Shown here piece after piece: positions 35,182 to 44,283 of a DNA stretch of 64,000 nt. The first letter of the stretch is position 1; each line of letters opens with the position of its first letter. The DNA lies in sequence record KY555145.1. One strand, 5' to 3'. A program made the position numbers and the translations under genes. Below the pieces are notes generated by a model. That model worked only from the letters and a program-made list of their open reading frames with translations, had not been told where the DNA came from and did not search any database.

Positions 35182-35765
35182 GCCTCGATCTCCTCGAACC
35201 GCCCATCCATGAATTCGGCCTCGCGCCGACCCCACATCTGGCCCTCGGCGTCGAGGTAGGTCAGCAGGGTCTCGTCATCGAGCACCGGGGTCTCGCACTG
35301 GATGCGGATCGTCCCGACCAGGGCGTATTCGCCGCCGCGCTTCCTGTGGCGGAAGCGCCGCATGCCGCGCGGAAGCTCCGCCAGGAAGGCCTTCAGGGCG
35401 TCCGCCACCTTGGCGACGCCGTGCGGGAAGTGCGAGCCCGGCCCGCGCACCCATTGATAGATCGTCGCCAGGGCGAAGCGCCCGGCGGCGATCTCGCCCG
35501 TGGGGTCCTTGCGGATCATGTCCGGCGCGTAGTCTTCGAGATAGTTCGTCCCGAGGATCGCCATGCAGCGGGCCTCCTCCACCGAAGTCGGCAGACGCAG
35601 GTGATCGCGATCCAGGCGGTCGGCCTCGGCGAGCGACTTGATCACCCCGACCAGGATCGCCGCCTTCTCGGCGTGCCACTGCCGGCCACCGGGCTCTGCG
35701 GCGCGCTCGGCGTGGTAGAGGTGGTAGTCCAGTATCTCGTGGACGTCTTCGCTCTGTCGGGACAT
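35178..35765 (-). CDS. hypothetical protein with C-terminal DUF1653-like domain
   Basis: RFRHRKRGGEY...Y....G.MW.R...EF.DGRFE. Confidence 0.65.
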   Translation of the reverse strand: MSRQSEDVHEILDYHLYHAERAAEPGGRQWHAEKAAILVGVIKSLAEADRLDRDHLRLPTSVEEARCMAILGTNYLEDYAPDMIRKDPTGEIAAGRFALATIYQWVRGPGSHFPHGVAKVADALKAFLAELPRGMRRFRHRKRGGEYALVGTIRIQCETPVLDDETLLTYLDAEGQMWGRREAEFMDGRFEEIEA

Positions 35766-35777
35766 AGGGTTCCTTCC

Positions 35778-35826
35778 GTTGTCGTCACCCGCGACACTAG
35801 ATGGTCGGAGGTGTGACTGTCAACAC
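35778..35826 (-). promoter_or_regulatory. repeated-family promoter with GACGACAAC box
   Basis: GTGTTGACA-N18-TAGTGT-N7-GACGACAAC-GGAAGGA. Confidence 0.8.
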
Positions 35827-35827
35827 T

Positions 35828-36349
35828 TCACGTCAGAGCTAGACGGCGACGATAGAACAGGCGCCGGCCGTTGAAGAACAGACGGATGCGGAATTCCTCG
35901 TCGAGGGTCCCGATGTCGAGGCTAAGGCCCAGGAGGCCCAGGCTGACATAGGCATGGCGCCCGAAGCTCCCCGGAATGGCGTCCATGCCGCCGGCGACGA
36001 ACCGGATGAGCCAGAGCCAGCCCAGGTCGAATCGCTTGAAGCCCTGCCATTCGATCGAGCGCCAGGAGAAGCCGCCGCCCAGCAGGGTGATGTCGATGTC
36101 CAGGTTCCAGCCGTCGGCCAGCGGATCGCGGCGGCGGTGGTAGCGCAGGCGAAAGAAGCCGCCGTCGAGGTCGAAGTTCGGGATCGCGCCAAAGGCCAGA
36201 CGGCGCAGACGCGCCAGGACATAGCCGACCGGGAAGATCACCAGGGCGTAGAGACTCAGGAGGAAGACCAGGGCCACGGCGCACCCCAGGCCATGCCAGA
36301 AGAACCCGAGCATCATCCCAAGCTTTGGCGAATGGTCGGGCATGGTCAT
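35828..36349 (-). CDS. membrane-anchored hypothetical protein
   Basis: N-terminal TM segment. Confidence 0.6.
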   Translation of the reverse strand: MTMPDHSPKLGMMLGFFWHGLGCAVALVFLLSLYALVIFPVGYVLARLRRLAFGAIPNFDLDGGFFRLRYHRRRDPLADGWNLDIDITLLGGGFSWRSIEWQGFKRFDLGWLWLIRFVAGGMDAIPGSFGRHAYVSLGLLGLSLDIGTLDEEFRIRLFFNGRRLFYRRRLALT

Positions 36350-36984
36350 GTCCCCTTGGCGAAGTCACCGGCCCGGCCGATGACATGGAAATAGGCGTAG
36401 GCCTCGCCGGGCGTATGCCGGTCGCGATTATCGACGACCGGGAGGTCCTCGGCGTAGCGGGCGAACCACGCGGCCTTGCGCGCCGCCCAGGCGGCGGGGT
36501 CCTCGTCGTGATCCCAGCCGAACAGTCCGCGCCCGTTTTCCCGACCCTTGCGCAGGTGGGCCACTGGCTGGTTGGTCCCAATGTAGCGGGTGTAGGCCTC
36601 GGGCGCTTCGCCGTGCTGGGTCGGGCGGCCGTCGCCATGGTGGTCGACGAAGGCCAGATCGTTTTTGGAGAGGTCCTGGGCGATCCAGCCGCGACGGTCC
36701 TTGACGAAGGGATCGACCAGGATGGTGATCTCGCGATAGATGTTCGCGCCGACGATCATGGCCCAGGCCTCGTTATCGGCGCGTTCCTTGCCGCCATCGC
36801 GCAGGGAGATCAGGTAAGCGCAGCCGTCCTGGATGGACTTGCCCTCCAGGAGGGCCGCCCAGTTCATGCAGATGTCGCCCCACTTCTTGGCGGCCAGGAC
36901 ATCCCAGGCGGTGCGTTGCTTGGCGTCGCGCTCGTAATAGACCCTGGCGGCGTCGCGCAGATGATCGGAGAAGGTCTGGATCAT
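36346..36984 (-). CDS. hypothetical protein
   Basis: TGATG overlap; 212 aa. Confidence 0.7.
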   Translation of the reverse strand: MIQTFSDHLRDAARVYYERDAKQRTAWDVLAAKKWGDICMNWAALLEGKSIQDGCAYLISLRDGGKERADNEAWAMIVGANIYREITILVDPFVKDRRGWIAQDLSKNDLAFVDHHGDGRPTQHGEAPEAYTRYIGTNQPVAHLRKGRENGRGLFGWDHDEDPAAWAARKAAWFARYAEDLPVVDNRDRHTPGEAYAYFHVIGRAGDFAKGT

Positions 36985-37277
36985 CAGTCGACCTTCGGTT
37001 CGCGCTTGAAGCGGCCGTTCTCGTCATAGCGGTCCGGGTTGGCGCCGGGGGCGTGGAAGCCCGCCATCGAGCCGATCTCCATGGCCGCGCGCTGCGCCGG
37101 CGTAACGCCCATGCGCTGGTTCATGGCGGTGACGGCGGCCTCGCCCTGGACCCCGTAGTCGGTGGGGTAGTAGCCGGTCTCGTCCTTCTTCAGGATGACC
37201 GTCTCGCCCGTCTCGATGTTGATCGAGTAGCAGAGGTCGGGCAGGGCCGCGAGATTGATCTGGCGTTGGGTCAGCAT
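36984..37277 (-). CDS. conserved hypothetical protein
   Basis: GYYPT...N.RMGVT.AQ.AAM..GSM.G..PGANP..YDENG; first gene after promoter. Confidence 0.75.
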   Translation of the reverse strand: MLTQRQINLAALPDLCYSINIETGETVILKKDETGYYPTDYGVQGEAAVTAMNQRMGVTPAQRAAMEIGSMAGFHAPGANPDRYDENGRFKREPKVD

Positions 37278-37289
37278 GGAGGCCTCCTT

Positions 37290-37338
37290 GTTGTCGTCGA
37301 GGATGGCTTCTAGCCGGCCCAGGTCAGGTTGTCAACAC
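37290..37338 (-). promoter_or_regulatory. repeated-family promoter with GACGACAAC box
   Basis: GTGTTGACA-N17-TAGAAG-N8-GACGACAAC-AAGGAGG. Confidence 0.88.
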
Positions 37339-37652
37339 TCGACAGCCAAGTAGACGTTTCGGCGCGGCTCATAGGGGAGATCGTTGGCGATCGCCATCAG
37401 CCAGCCGGCGTGGCAGCGCTTTGGAGCGCAGTGGCAGACGAGATGGAAGCCCTTGAAGTTGGCCTTGACCCAGGCGACGAACGCCTCGTCCTTGGACTTC
37501 AGGGCGATGTACTTGTCGATCACCGTGTCGCGATCGCCATCCTGACCGATGCGGAATTCGTTGCCCGCCGGGGTCCCCCGGCCGACGTACTTGGACATCG
37601 GCGGGAGATGGCCTGGGAACTCGCTTCGGCTGAGAACGCGCAGTTCGATCAT
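37332..37652 (-). CDS. DUF4326 family protein
   Basis: YVGRGTPAGNEF.IG.DGDR..VI..Y...L.GFHLVCHCAP..CH. Confidence 0.8.
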   Translation of the reverse strand: MIELRVLSRSEFPGHLPPMSKYVGRGTPAGNEFRIGQDGDRDTVIDKYIALKSKDEAFVAWVKANFKGFHLVCHCAPKRCHAGWLMAIANDLPYEPRRNVYLAVEC

Positions 37653-38293
37653 GCCGCCCGGCTCTCCACGTAGTCGGCGAGGATCGCCAGGGTGTCCTCG
37701 GCCGAGGTGTGGAGGATCGAGAAGCCCCCAGCCCGGTTCCAGGCCACGCAGTTGGCGACGCGATCGTCGATCAGGATTTGGTGGTCGGAGTGCTTGCGGT
37801 GCATGAACTCCTGCTTCTTGGCCGAGGTCGTGCAGATGAAGCGGTGGTCCTCGATCCGGATGCGATCGGGCACCATGCCGGCCACGGCCTCGTCCCCGGA
37901 GAACATCTCGGCGAACGCCTGGGGCAGAAGCGTCTCCTCGATCCAGCGCCGCTTGCCATAGGCCGCGCCCAGCCAGTAGGGGTGGATCAGGAAGTCCTCG
38001 TCCGTCGCCCCGAACTTGGGCGAGGCGGTCAGGATGATCGGATCGGCCTCGAACACCGCCGTGTAGAGGTCGACGGCGCCGGGCATGAACGGCAGGGTCT
38101 CGAAGAAGTTCGTGCCCTCGATCTTGCGGTACATCCCCTGCTTCCAGAGGTTGGCTTCGTCGTCCATCGCGTGGCTCGACTTGTTGTACTCGGGATCGGG
38201 CTCGAACCCGAGCCGGCGGATGCCCGCGTCGAAATCGGCCAGGACGCCGTCCATGTCGAGATAGATGGCGAAGTTCTTCAGGTTCATGGTCAC
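37649..38293 (-). CDS. HAD-family 5'(3')-deoxyribonucleotidase
   Basis: IYLDMDGVLADF, FF..LP.MPGA, ILTA, K..W, ILIDDR..N...W..AGG..ILH. Confidence 0.85.
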   Translation of the reverse strand: MTMNLKNFAIYLDMDGVLADFDAGIRRLGFEPDPEYNKSSHAMDDEANLWKQGMYRKIEGTNFFETLPFMPGAVDLYTAVFEADPIILTASPKFGATDEDFLIHPYWLGAAYGKRRWIEETLLPQAFAEMFSGDEAVAGMVPDRIRIEDHRFICTTSAKKQEFMHRKHSDHQILIDDRVANCVAWNRAGGFSILHTSAEDTLAILADYVESRAA

Positions 38294-38490
38294 TCCGGAA
38301 ATTGCGCGTGCAGCCCCATGGCGATGCGCGCCAGTTCGTAGGCGGTCTTGGTCTCCAACTCGCGGGTCGGCGTGCGCTCGATCTTGAGTTGGTCGCTCAT
38401 CATGTGGATGGCGTGGATGATGTCGCTCTTGCGCCTCTTCTCGTAGTAGCGGTGCGACGCGGTGGCGCGGATTTCGACGATCGCCATCAC
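38290..38490 (-). CDS. hypothetical protein
   Basis: operon ORF. Confidence 0.55.
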   Translation of the reverse strand: MMAIVEIRATASHRYYEKRRKSDIIHAIHMMSDQLKIERTPTRELETKTAYELARIAMGLHAQFPE

Positions 38491-38849
38491 AGGGCTCCCG
38501 CGCAGGCCAGAGCCATCGCCCAGCCGCGCTCGGTCGGCTCGAAGCGGGCGATCGGCCCCTTGACGTTCGGATCGTCGGAGAAATGCGGGTCGAGCCAGCC
38601 CTTGTTGGCGTGGATCACCTCGTCGAGCGAGCGCGCCTCATAGACCAGGATTTTGCGGCCCTCGTAGTTGAGGGCGTCGGGGTACATGATCTCGACCACC
38701 GTGCAGCGGCCGACCTCCTGGCCCCGGATGAGCCTCCAGCGCGCCGGGTCGGGATCGCCCGGCGTCAGCGTCACGGGAGACTGCCCGCCGGAGAAAAGCC
38801 GCATCTTGCTGGGCTCACGCGCCGAGCGTCCGGTCGAGAACAATCGCAT
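38487..38849 (-). CDS. conserved phage hypothetical protein
   Basis: YPDALNYEGRKILVY...LDPHFS...PIARFEPT..GW..A. Confidence 0.65.
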   Translation of the reverse strand: MRLFSTGRSAREPSKMRLFSGGQSPVTLTPGDPDPARWRLIRGQEVGRCTVVEIMYPDALNYEGRKILVYEARSLDEVIHANKGWLDPHFSDDPNVKGPIARFEPTERGWAMALACAGAL

Positions 38850-38856
38850 CCCCACC

Positions 38857-39243
38857 CTAGTCTCCCAGGCCCTGCATGGCGTTGTCGCGACTGTCCTCGG
38901 CGTCGGGCCGAGACGCCAGGGCCGCCAGAAGGTCAACCGAGAGGTGGCGGTTGTAGATCGCCACGCCCTTATACTTGAAAAGCTCGCTGGCCTCGTGGAT
39001 CAGCGCCCGCTCAACCGCCGCCCAGGCCGTCTGGACGATCTCGGTGTCGGTGGTGTAGTAGGAGAGCTTCCACTTGCGCCCCTTCCACATCTCCGGCTCG
39101 CCGGTGACGGTGTTGACCCCGTCCTTGCAGACGATCTGGAGCCAGACCTCGGTGCGGCTGGTCCCGAGTCGGAACTCGAAGCCAGGATAGCTCAGGCGGT
39201 CGACGATGGTGCGGATCGATTGGGCGCTGCGACGATTCGCCAT
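38857..39243 (-). CDS. conserved phage hypothetical protein
   Basis: GRKWKLS...TD.EIVQTA......HEA.E.FKY.G..IY..H. Confidence 0.7.
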   Translation of the reverse strand: MANRRSAQSIRTIVDRLSYPGFEFRLGTSRTEVWLQIVCKDGVNTVTGEPEMWKGRKWKLSYYTTDTEIVQTAWAAVERALIHEASELFKYKGVAIYNRHLSVDLLAALASRPDAEDSRDNAMQGLGD

Positions 39244-39245
39244 GC

Positions 39246-39707
39246 TCAGGGCCTCGATTTGATCAGCTTCTTCTTGCGTCGGGGCGGGCGCGGCGCGAGC
39301 GGGAAGCCGTGATCCGCGTACACGGGTTCGGGCGGCGGGGCGGGGAGGTCCGCCGGGCGTTCCAGGCTAAAGGCGTCCGCGTCGAGGTCGTAGATCGACA
39401 CCCGATCGCTGTAGCCGTAGCGGTTGTCATGGTAGGTGATCCCGACGTCTCCCAGGCTGGAGACCATGATCACCCGGCAGGCCTTGCCCTTGTAGCGGCC
39501 GTAGAGCTTCGGCATGAAGCCGGCCTCCTCGATCGCCAGGGTCTCGGTGGCGTTGCCGGCGTTCAGCGCCAGAAAGCCCCGCACGATGGCCGGCAGCTTG
39601 TAGTCGCAGATCGCGCGGCTGTTGCTGACCTCGTAGGGCATGCCGATCTTGCCCTCCATCAGGGCGCCCAGGACCTCGGCGTCGCTCAGGGTTTCAGTCT
39701 CGGCCAT
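39246..39707 (-). CDS. hypothetical protein
   Basis: MAETETLSD... Confidence 0.65.
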   Translation of the reverse strand: MAETETLSDAEVLGALMEGKIGMPYEVSNSRAICDYKLPAIVRGFLALNAGNATETLAIEEAGFMPKLYGRYKGKACRVIMVSSLGDVGITYHDNRYGYSDRVSIYDLDADAFSLERPADLPAPPPEPVYADHGFPLAPRPPRRKKKLIKSRP

Positions 39708-39963
39708 AGGTGATCCTGTACGGGAGCCCGCCGACGCAGATTTTCCCGCGTCGGCCGTCGGCGGTGGTGAAACGGAAGCCCTGGCGGCTCTTGGTGCCGG
39801 CGCAGGACCACCATGCGCGGTGGAAGCTGACGACCTCGACGCCGGTGTCGCGCTCGACCAGATGTCGAGCATGACGTCCCTCCCAGGTGTAGGCCCAGAC
39901 CCCGATGGCGAAGAAGACCAGAGTCAGGGAGCCATAGACGGCCCCTTTGACATAGTCCTCCAT
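39694..39963 (-). CDS. membrane-anchored hypothetical protein
   Basis: N-terminal TM segment. Confidence 0.55.
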   Translation of the reverse strand: MEDYVKGAVYGSLTLVFFAIGVWAYTWEGRHARHLVERDTGVEVVSFHRAWWSCAGTKSRQGFRFTTADGRRGKICVGGLPYRITYGRD

Positions 39964-40340
39964 CAGGCCGCCACGAGCCCGGTGATCACGTCGGTGACGA
40001 TGCGACGCTTCTCGGCCGGCATGCCCGCCAGCGCCAGGATCGTCTTGGCGCCGATCTCGGCGACGGCGGTCTCGACGTCGGCCCGGCCGTCGGTCAGGAA
40101 CGCCGGATCGTCGACCGGAGGATAGAAGTGCCCGATGTCCTTCTTCAGGAACTGGGCCGCCTCATAGAGCTTCGAGGACGAGATGCGGTTGTGCCCGCGC
40201 TCGTACTTCTGGACCTGCTGGAAGGTCACGCCGATCGCCTCGGCGAGTTGGCCTTGCGAGAAGCCGGCCGTCTTGCGGGTGTCGCGCAGCTTGCGTCCCA
40301 CATAGACGTCGACGGGGTGCGGGGTCTTGTCGTCAGCCAT
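39963..40340 (-). CDS. XRE-family transcriptional regulator, alphaproteobacterial type
   Basis: HPVDVYVGRKLR..R...GFSQ.QLAEAIGVTFQQVQKYERG.NRIS. Confidence 0.88.
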   Translation of the reverse strand: MADDKTPHPVDVYVGRKLRDTRKTAGFSQGQLAEAIGVTFQQVQKYERGHNRISSSKLYEAAQFLKKDIGHFYPPVDDPAFLTDGRADVETAVAEIGAKTILALAGMPAEKRRIVTDVITGLVAA

Positions 40341-41319
40341 GAGCGGCTTCCTCCTTCTGCTTCTTGGACCGCAGGTCGCGGCGGTGCTTAAAGGCCGCAC
40401 GCAGGGCCTGGGTGGTGTCGTCGTGCATGCCCAGGTCCGCCCCATCGGGCGCGACCACGCTGTTCTGGAGGCCGAACCGATAGCCCTCGGCCGTCAGTTC
40501 ATAGACCGCCTGCTCCTCGTGCATCTGGGCGAGGTGGCGATAATATTCGGCCAGCGCCAGTTCGTAGTCGCCCAGGAAGAGGCGCGCGTTGCGCTCGACG
40601 CCGGCGACCTCGGCGCGGAAGGTCAGCAGGAACCGCCCAGGCCCGACATGCGTCAGCTTGTAGCCGTGTTCGGCCAGCACCTCGTCGACGGTCTTGGTGA
40701 CCGTGTAGATGTGGAAGGTGTAGACGGCTTCGATGTGGGTGTCGTCGTAGAGATACTCGGACCGGTTTTGATGCTCGCCGATGTAGGGACCCCACTTGTG
40801 GTAGCGCCAGCCGCCGGACGCGGGCTGGTGCTCACGCCGGACTTCCACCATCGAGATGAAGTAGGGCGTGTCCGGATCGTCGATCAGGTCGGGGATGCAG
40901 GCGAGAAGCTGCTCGGGGCTGTCGCAGACGCCGTAGCTTTCGACCAGATAGGGGATGCGCCTATAGCCCTCGGGGACCGGCGGGACCTCGTCCAGGTACT
41001 CGGTGTCGAGCACCTCGATCTTGTACTTGTCGTGGAGCAGGTTGATCCGCGCCTCGCGGCGGTCTCCGTCGGCCTTGATCCAGGCCCGGACCGCAGCGCT
41101 GCGTTCCTCCTCGGTCTGCCCGCGTTCGTAGGGCGGACCCCACTTGCTGTCGAGGTCCTCGATCTTTTCGACGATCTCGTACTCGGGATTCCAGGAGCCC
41201 ATCGAGTAGACGCCCTGGTGGAGGCGAATGGGCTTGCGGGCGCGGTTGTTCATTTCCGCGATCATCTTGGCGATCGGGTCGACTTCCGAGGCGGGGCGCA
41301 GGGTGATGTCGTAGAGCAT
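40333..41319 (-). CDS. hypothetical protein
   Basis: 328 aa; GWRYHKWGPYIG motif. Confidence 0.7.
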   Translation of the reverse strand: MLYDITLRPASEVDPIAKMIAEMNNRARKPIRLHQGVYSMGSWNPEYEIVEKIEDLDSKWGPPYERGQTEEERSAAVRAWIKADGDRREARINLLHDKYKIEVLDTEYLDEVPPVPEGYRRIPYLVESYGVCDSPEQLLACIPDLIDDPDTPYFISMVEVRREHQPASGGWRYHKWGPYIGEHQNRSEYLYDDTHIEAVYTFHIYTVTKTVDEVLAEHGYKLTHVGPGRFLLTFRAEVAGVERNARLFLGDYELALAEYYRHLAQMHEEQAVYELTAEGYRFGLQNSVVAPDGADLGMHDDTTQALRAAFKHRRDLRSKKQKEEAAHG

Positions 41320-41600
41320 CAGGCGGCGCCCTGGGCGATTTCGTAGGTGATCTTCGAGACGCCGATATCGACCACGAACCGGTCGGGCGAGCCGTCGAAC
41401 ACGTAGTTGGCCTGACACCCGATAGGCATCATCTTGCCGTTGTCCATCCAGATCGCGTCCGGCGTGGCCTCGACCACGCCGCGCACCTGCGCCTGGGCCG
41501 GAGAAGGTTGCATTTCCACGCCGCCCACGGTGATCGCCACGGCCGCGAGACGCGCGCCCGGCTGGTTCAACTTGGCGATCAGGTCCTGGATCGAGTTCAC
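41319..41600 (-). CDS. hypothetical protein
   Basis: GTG after AAGGAGG; first gene after promoter. Confidence 0.65.
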   Translation of the reverse strand: MNSIQDLIAKLNQPGARLAAVAITVGGVEMQPSPAQAQVRGVVEATPDAIWMDNGKMMPIGCQANYVFDGSPDRFVVDIGVSKITYEIAQGAA

Positions 41601-41612
41601 GCGGCCTCCTTC

Positions 41613-41663
41613 TGTCGTTGTGTCGACATAAGCTCTAGCCGTGGTTTTCCGGCCTGTCAACAC
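41613..41663 (-). promoter_or_regulatory. repeated-family promoter with variant box
   Basis: GTGTTGACA-N17-TAGAGC...CGACACAACGACAG-AAGGAGG. Confidence 0.8.
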
Positions 41664-41679
41664 ACAACCGCCAAGGGTC

Positions 41680-41711
41680 AAAAGAAAACCGCCGCCCCGA
41701 AGGACGGCGGT
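41680..41711 (-). terminator. intrinsic terminator
   Basis: minus-strand CCGCCG-loop-CGGCGG followed by TTTTCTTTT. Confidence 0.65.
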
Positions 41712-41737
41712 CATGACAGAGCATGTCAGGAGGGACG

Positions 41738-43861
41738 TCAGACGTCCAGAGCGAAGGCCGGCGGGGAGACGTCCGGCTTCTGAATGATGAACCCCCGATC
41801 CAAGAGGGGCGGGAAGACCTGCTTGAGCACGCCGGCCGCGACCCCGGCTTCCTCGGCGATTTCGGCGAACGTGAAGGCCTCGCGCTGACCGGCGCTGGCG
41901 ACAAACAGATCGTTGAGCGCCAGGATCACCGCGCCCGCCGGACTGATCTCGTAGGCCATGTCGAAATTCGGGTCTTCCGACAGCCGCAGCAGGCCCTCGG
42001 CCTCCAGGTTCGCGATGAGCGCCTTGAGTTGGTCGACCTTGACCGCGCCAAGATGGGTTTGGATTTCCCAGGGCGCCGCCGGCTCCTCGGCGCGCACGGC
42101 TTGCAGCGTCGCGATCAAGGCGATCGCCGGCATGGCCCGCACGATCATCTCGTCGCCAACCGTCAGGTCCGGGGCGTTGACCAGCAGGTCATTGATCACC
42201 GCGTCGCCGTGGGTCTCGACATAGGTCCGCAGCCGCTTGAGGGCGACCAGGAAGTCGTCCTTGGTGATCGGCTCGATGCGGAAGGTCAGGAGCGGGTCGG
42301 TCGGAATCTCCGAGAAGTAGGCCCGACCCCGGTGGCTCCAGCCCTCGACCACATGCAGGAAGAGATCGATCGGCATGGCGACGGCGCCAAAGCCCAGTCG
42401 CGCATCGTCCGTCGCCTCCTCGACCTGCGCCAGGGCGTTATCGATCGCTTCGAGCGTGAAGCCCCCGACAAGGCCGTTTTCCGCCGCGTCCAGCACGTTG
42501 GCCGCTTCTTCGGTGCCGAGCCCCTCGACGACCATTTCCGAGGCCTCCTGAGCCGTTTCCTGCGGCAGGGCGTCGGCGAGCTTGCTCATCGCCTCGGCGA
42601 CGCCGCTCGTGTCGAGTTCCAGCTTCAGGGCCAGCTTCTCGGGACGCGCCGAGTAGGGCACGCCCTGGATCACCACGGCGCCCAGGTCGCCGACGACGCG
42701 CTTGGTCACTTCCAGATAGGCGTAGCGCGAGGCGGCGTTGAGCAGCGACAGCCGTTCGAAGACGATCTGCTGCTCCTGCTCGCGCGACATGATGCCCGTC
42801 TCCAGGATAAACAGCGGCTCGGAGCCGTCCAGCGGCGGCTTGGCCTCGCCGTCGTCTTCCGGATGATCCTCGTCGAACTCGGCGCCGCTGATCGGCTCGC
42901 TCTCCGGCGGGATGAAGCGGATGCCCGGCTCGCGGGGCGGTTCGGCGGGAGTGGCGTCGTCAAGAGGCATGTCGGTCCTTTGAGGCTTGGAGGTGATGAA
43001 GAGCGTGGTGAGATCGACGTCCCAGACCCCAGACCCATCGGTGAAGAGCGCCATGAAGGTCCCCAGGCGCGCGTCCCAGCGGATGGTCTGGATCACGCCG
43101 TTGACGTCGCCATAGACGCCGGTCGCCCCCACGAGTTCATCGCGCAGGACCTCCGCATGGTCGTGGCACTCACCAAGCGTCGCCGGACGCACGGCGTGGA
43201 ACGGGTATTGCTGATAGGCGCCCGGCGGCGAGACGAGGCGGACATTGACGTAGAGCGGCCCCAGATGGGTGTGGGCGTCGCGCAGGAAGCCGACCACGGT
43301 CTCCCCGTCGTTCTGGGTCGCCACCACAGGCATGCCGGCGCAGTTAGCGGTCAGGACCGCCGGATAGTCCTGGGGATAGGCCACGGCGTAAAGGTGGAGA
43401 TGATCACCCCGGCGCTGGGCCTTCCAGTCGGCGACACACCAAGCCGCCACGCGCGTGGCCCCGAACTCCGGCGTCTCCTCGATCAAGACGCCGCCGTCCG
43501 GAAGGTCCGCTTGCCCAATATAAGGAACGACCTCGCTATGGCTGACGCTCCAGGCGGGCTTGGGAAATTGCGGGGTGATCATGAGCTTCTCGGTGAAGGT
43601 GAGATTGATGGCGTCGGCGTAGTGGACATACGGGCCGACCGGGGTAGTCCAGGGCGGATCGCCCTTGCGAATGTCCGACAGCGGCACCGCGACGTGCCTG
43701 CCGTTGGGCTGGACGATGTCGGCCAGGATGCGCGGCGGCTGGTGCATCAGGGTCACGACGTGCCCCTCGCCCGCCTCGAAGGTGCGACTCTTGGGCCACC
43801 AGACCTTGGACCCGGCCCAGTGGATCGACTGGATGACGAGGTCTTGTTCGGTCCCGATCAT
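41738..43861 (-). CDS. 707-aa multidomain hypothetical protein with C-terminal wHTH-like repeats
   Basis: beta-rich N-half, acidic Pro-rich linker, LEAEGLL...YEISPAG and LLDRGFI segments. Confidence 0.75.
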   Translation of the reverse strand: MIGTEQDLVIQSIHWAGSKVWWPKSRTFEAGEGHVVTLMHQPPRILADIVQPNGRHVAVPLSDIRKGDPPWTTPVGPYVHYADAINLTFTEKLMITPQFPKPAWSVSHSEVVPYIGQADLPDGGVLIEETPEFGATRVAAWCVADWKAQRRGDHLHLYAVAYPQDYPAVLTANCAGMPVVATQNDGETVVGFLRDAHTHLGPLYVNVRLVSPPGAYQQYPFHAVRPATLGECHDHAEVLRDELVGATGVYGDVNGVIQTIRWDARLGTFMALFTDGSGVWDVDLTTLFITSKPQRTDMPLDDATPAEPPREPGIRFIPPESEPISGAEFDEDHPEDDGEAKPPLDGSEPLFILETGIMSREQEQQIVFERLSLLNAASRYAYLEVTKRVVGDLGAVVIQGVPYSARPEKLALKLELDTSGVAEAMSKLADALPQETAQEASEMVVEGLGTEEAANVLDAAENGLVGGFTLEAIDNALAQVEEATDDARLGFGAVAMPIDLFLHVVEGWSHRGRAYFSEIPTDPLLTFRIEPITKDDFLVALKRLRTYVETHGDAVINDLLVNAPDLTVGDEMIVRAMPAIALIATLQAVRAEEPAAPWEIQTHLGAVKVDQLKALIANLEAEGLLRLSEDPNFDMAYEISPAGAVILALNDLFVASAGQREAFTFAEIAEEAGVAAGVLKQVFPPLLDRGFIIQKPDVSPPAFALDV

Positions 43862-44283
43862 GCGGACGCCGCCGCGCCGGCCGGCGTCAAGCCGTAGATG
43901 GTGGGGCCTCGCGGCGACTTGCCGAGCGCGACCACTTCCAGATAGCCCATATTATTCAAAGCCTTTGCCGTTTCATGATCGGGATGGTCGGTGAAGACGT
44001 TGAGCCGTCCGCCCTCGCCCATTGCCTGGGCGGCGCGCAGAAGGCTCGCCTCGGCTTCGGTCAAGGTGACCAGGGCGACATCCTCCAGCGCCACGTCGAT
44101 CACGCAGGTCTGGCCCTGATGAACGAACTCGATGATCGCCAGCCGGCGATAGGTCCCCGGCAGGACCGCAAGGCAGACGCCTCGGACCTCGACCTTCTGG
44201 CGGGCGGTGATCGGGAGATAGAGGCTCGTCTTGACGGCCTTGCCCTTGAGGGACAGATGCTCGTGCGTCGCCAGCGGGATCAT
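43858..44283 (-). CDS. hypothetical protein with C-terminal wHTH-like segment
   Basis: ALNNMGYLEVV...YGLTPAG. Confidence 0.6.
   Translation of the reverse strand: MIPLATHEHLSLKGKAVKTSLYLPITARQKVEVRGVCLAVLPGTYRRLAIIEFVHQGQTCVIDVALEDVALVTLTEAEASLLRAAQAMGEGGRLNVFTDHPDHETAKALNNMGYLEVVALGKSPRGPTIYGLTPAGAAASA

Noticed and set aside
38790-38849. MRLFS occurring twice at the start of the 38487 gene
   Set aside because: Short and diverged at DNA level; at most an alternative start, not a meaningful repeat
41723-43897. 724-aa plus-strand ORF, and similar long antisense ORFs (8757-10166, 10202-11482, 16871-18481, 21382-22812, 51867-53645)
   Set aside because: Shadow frames of GC3-rich genes on the opposite strand; no RBS, no motifs, against local transcription direction
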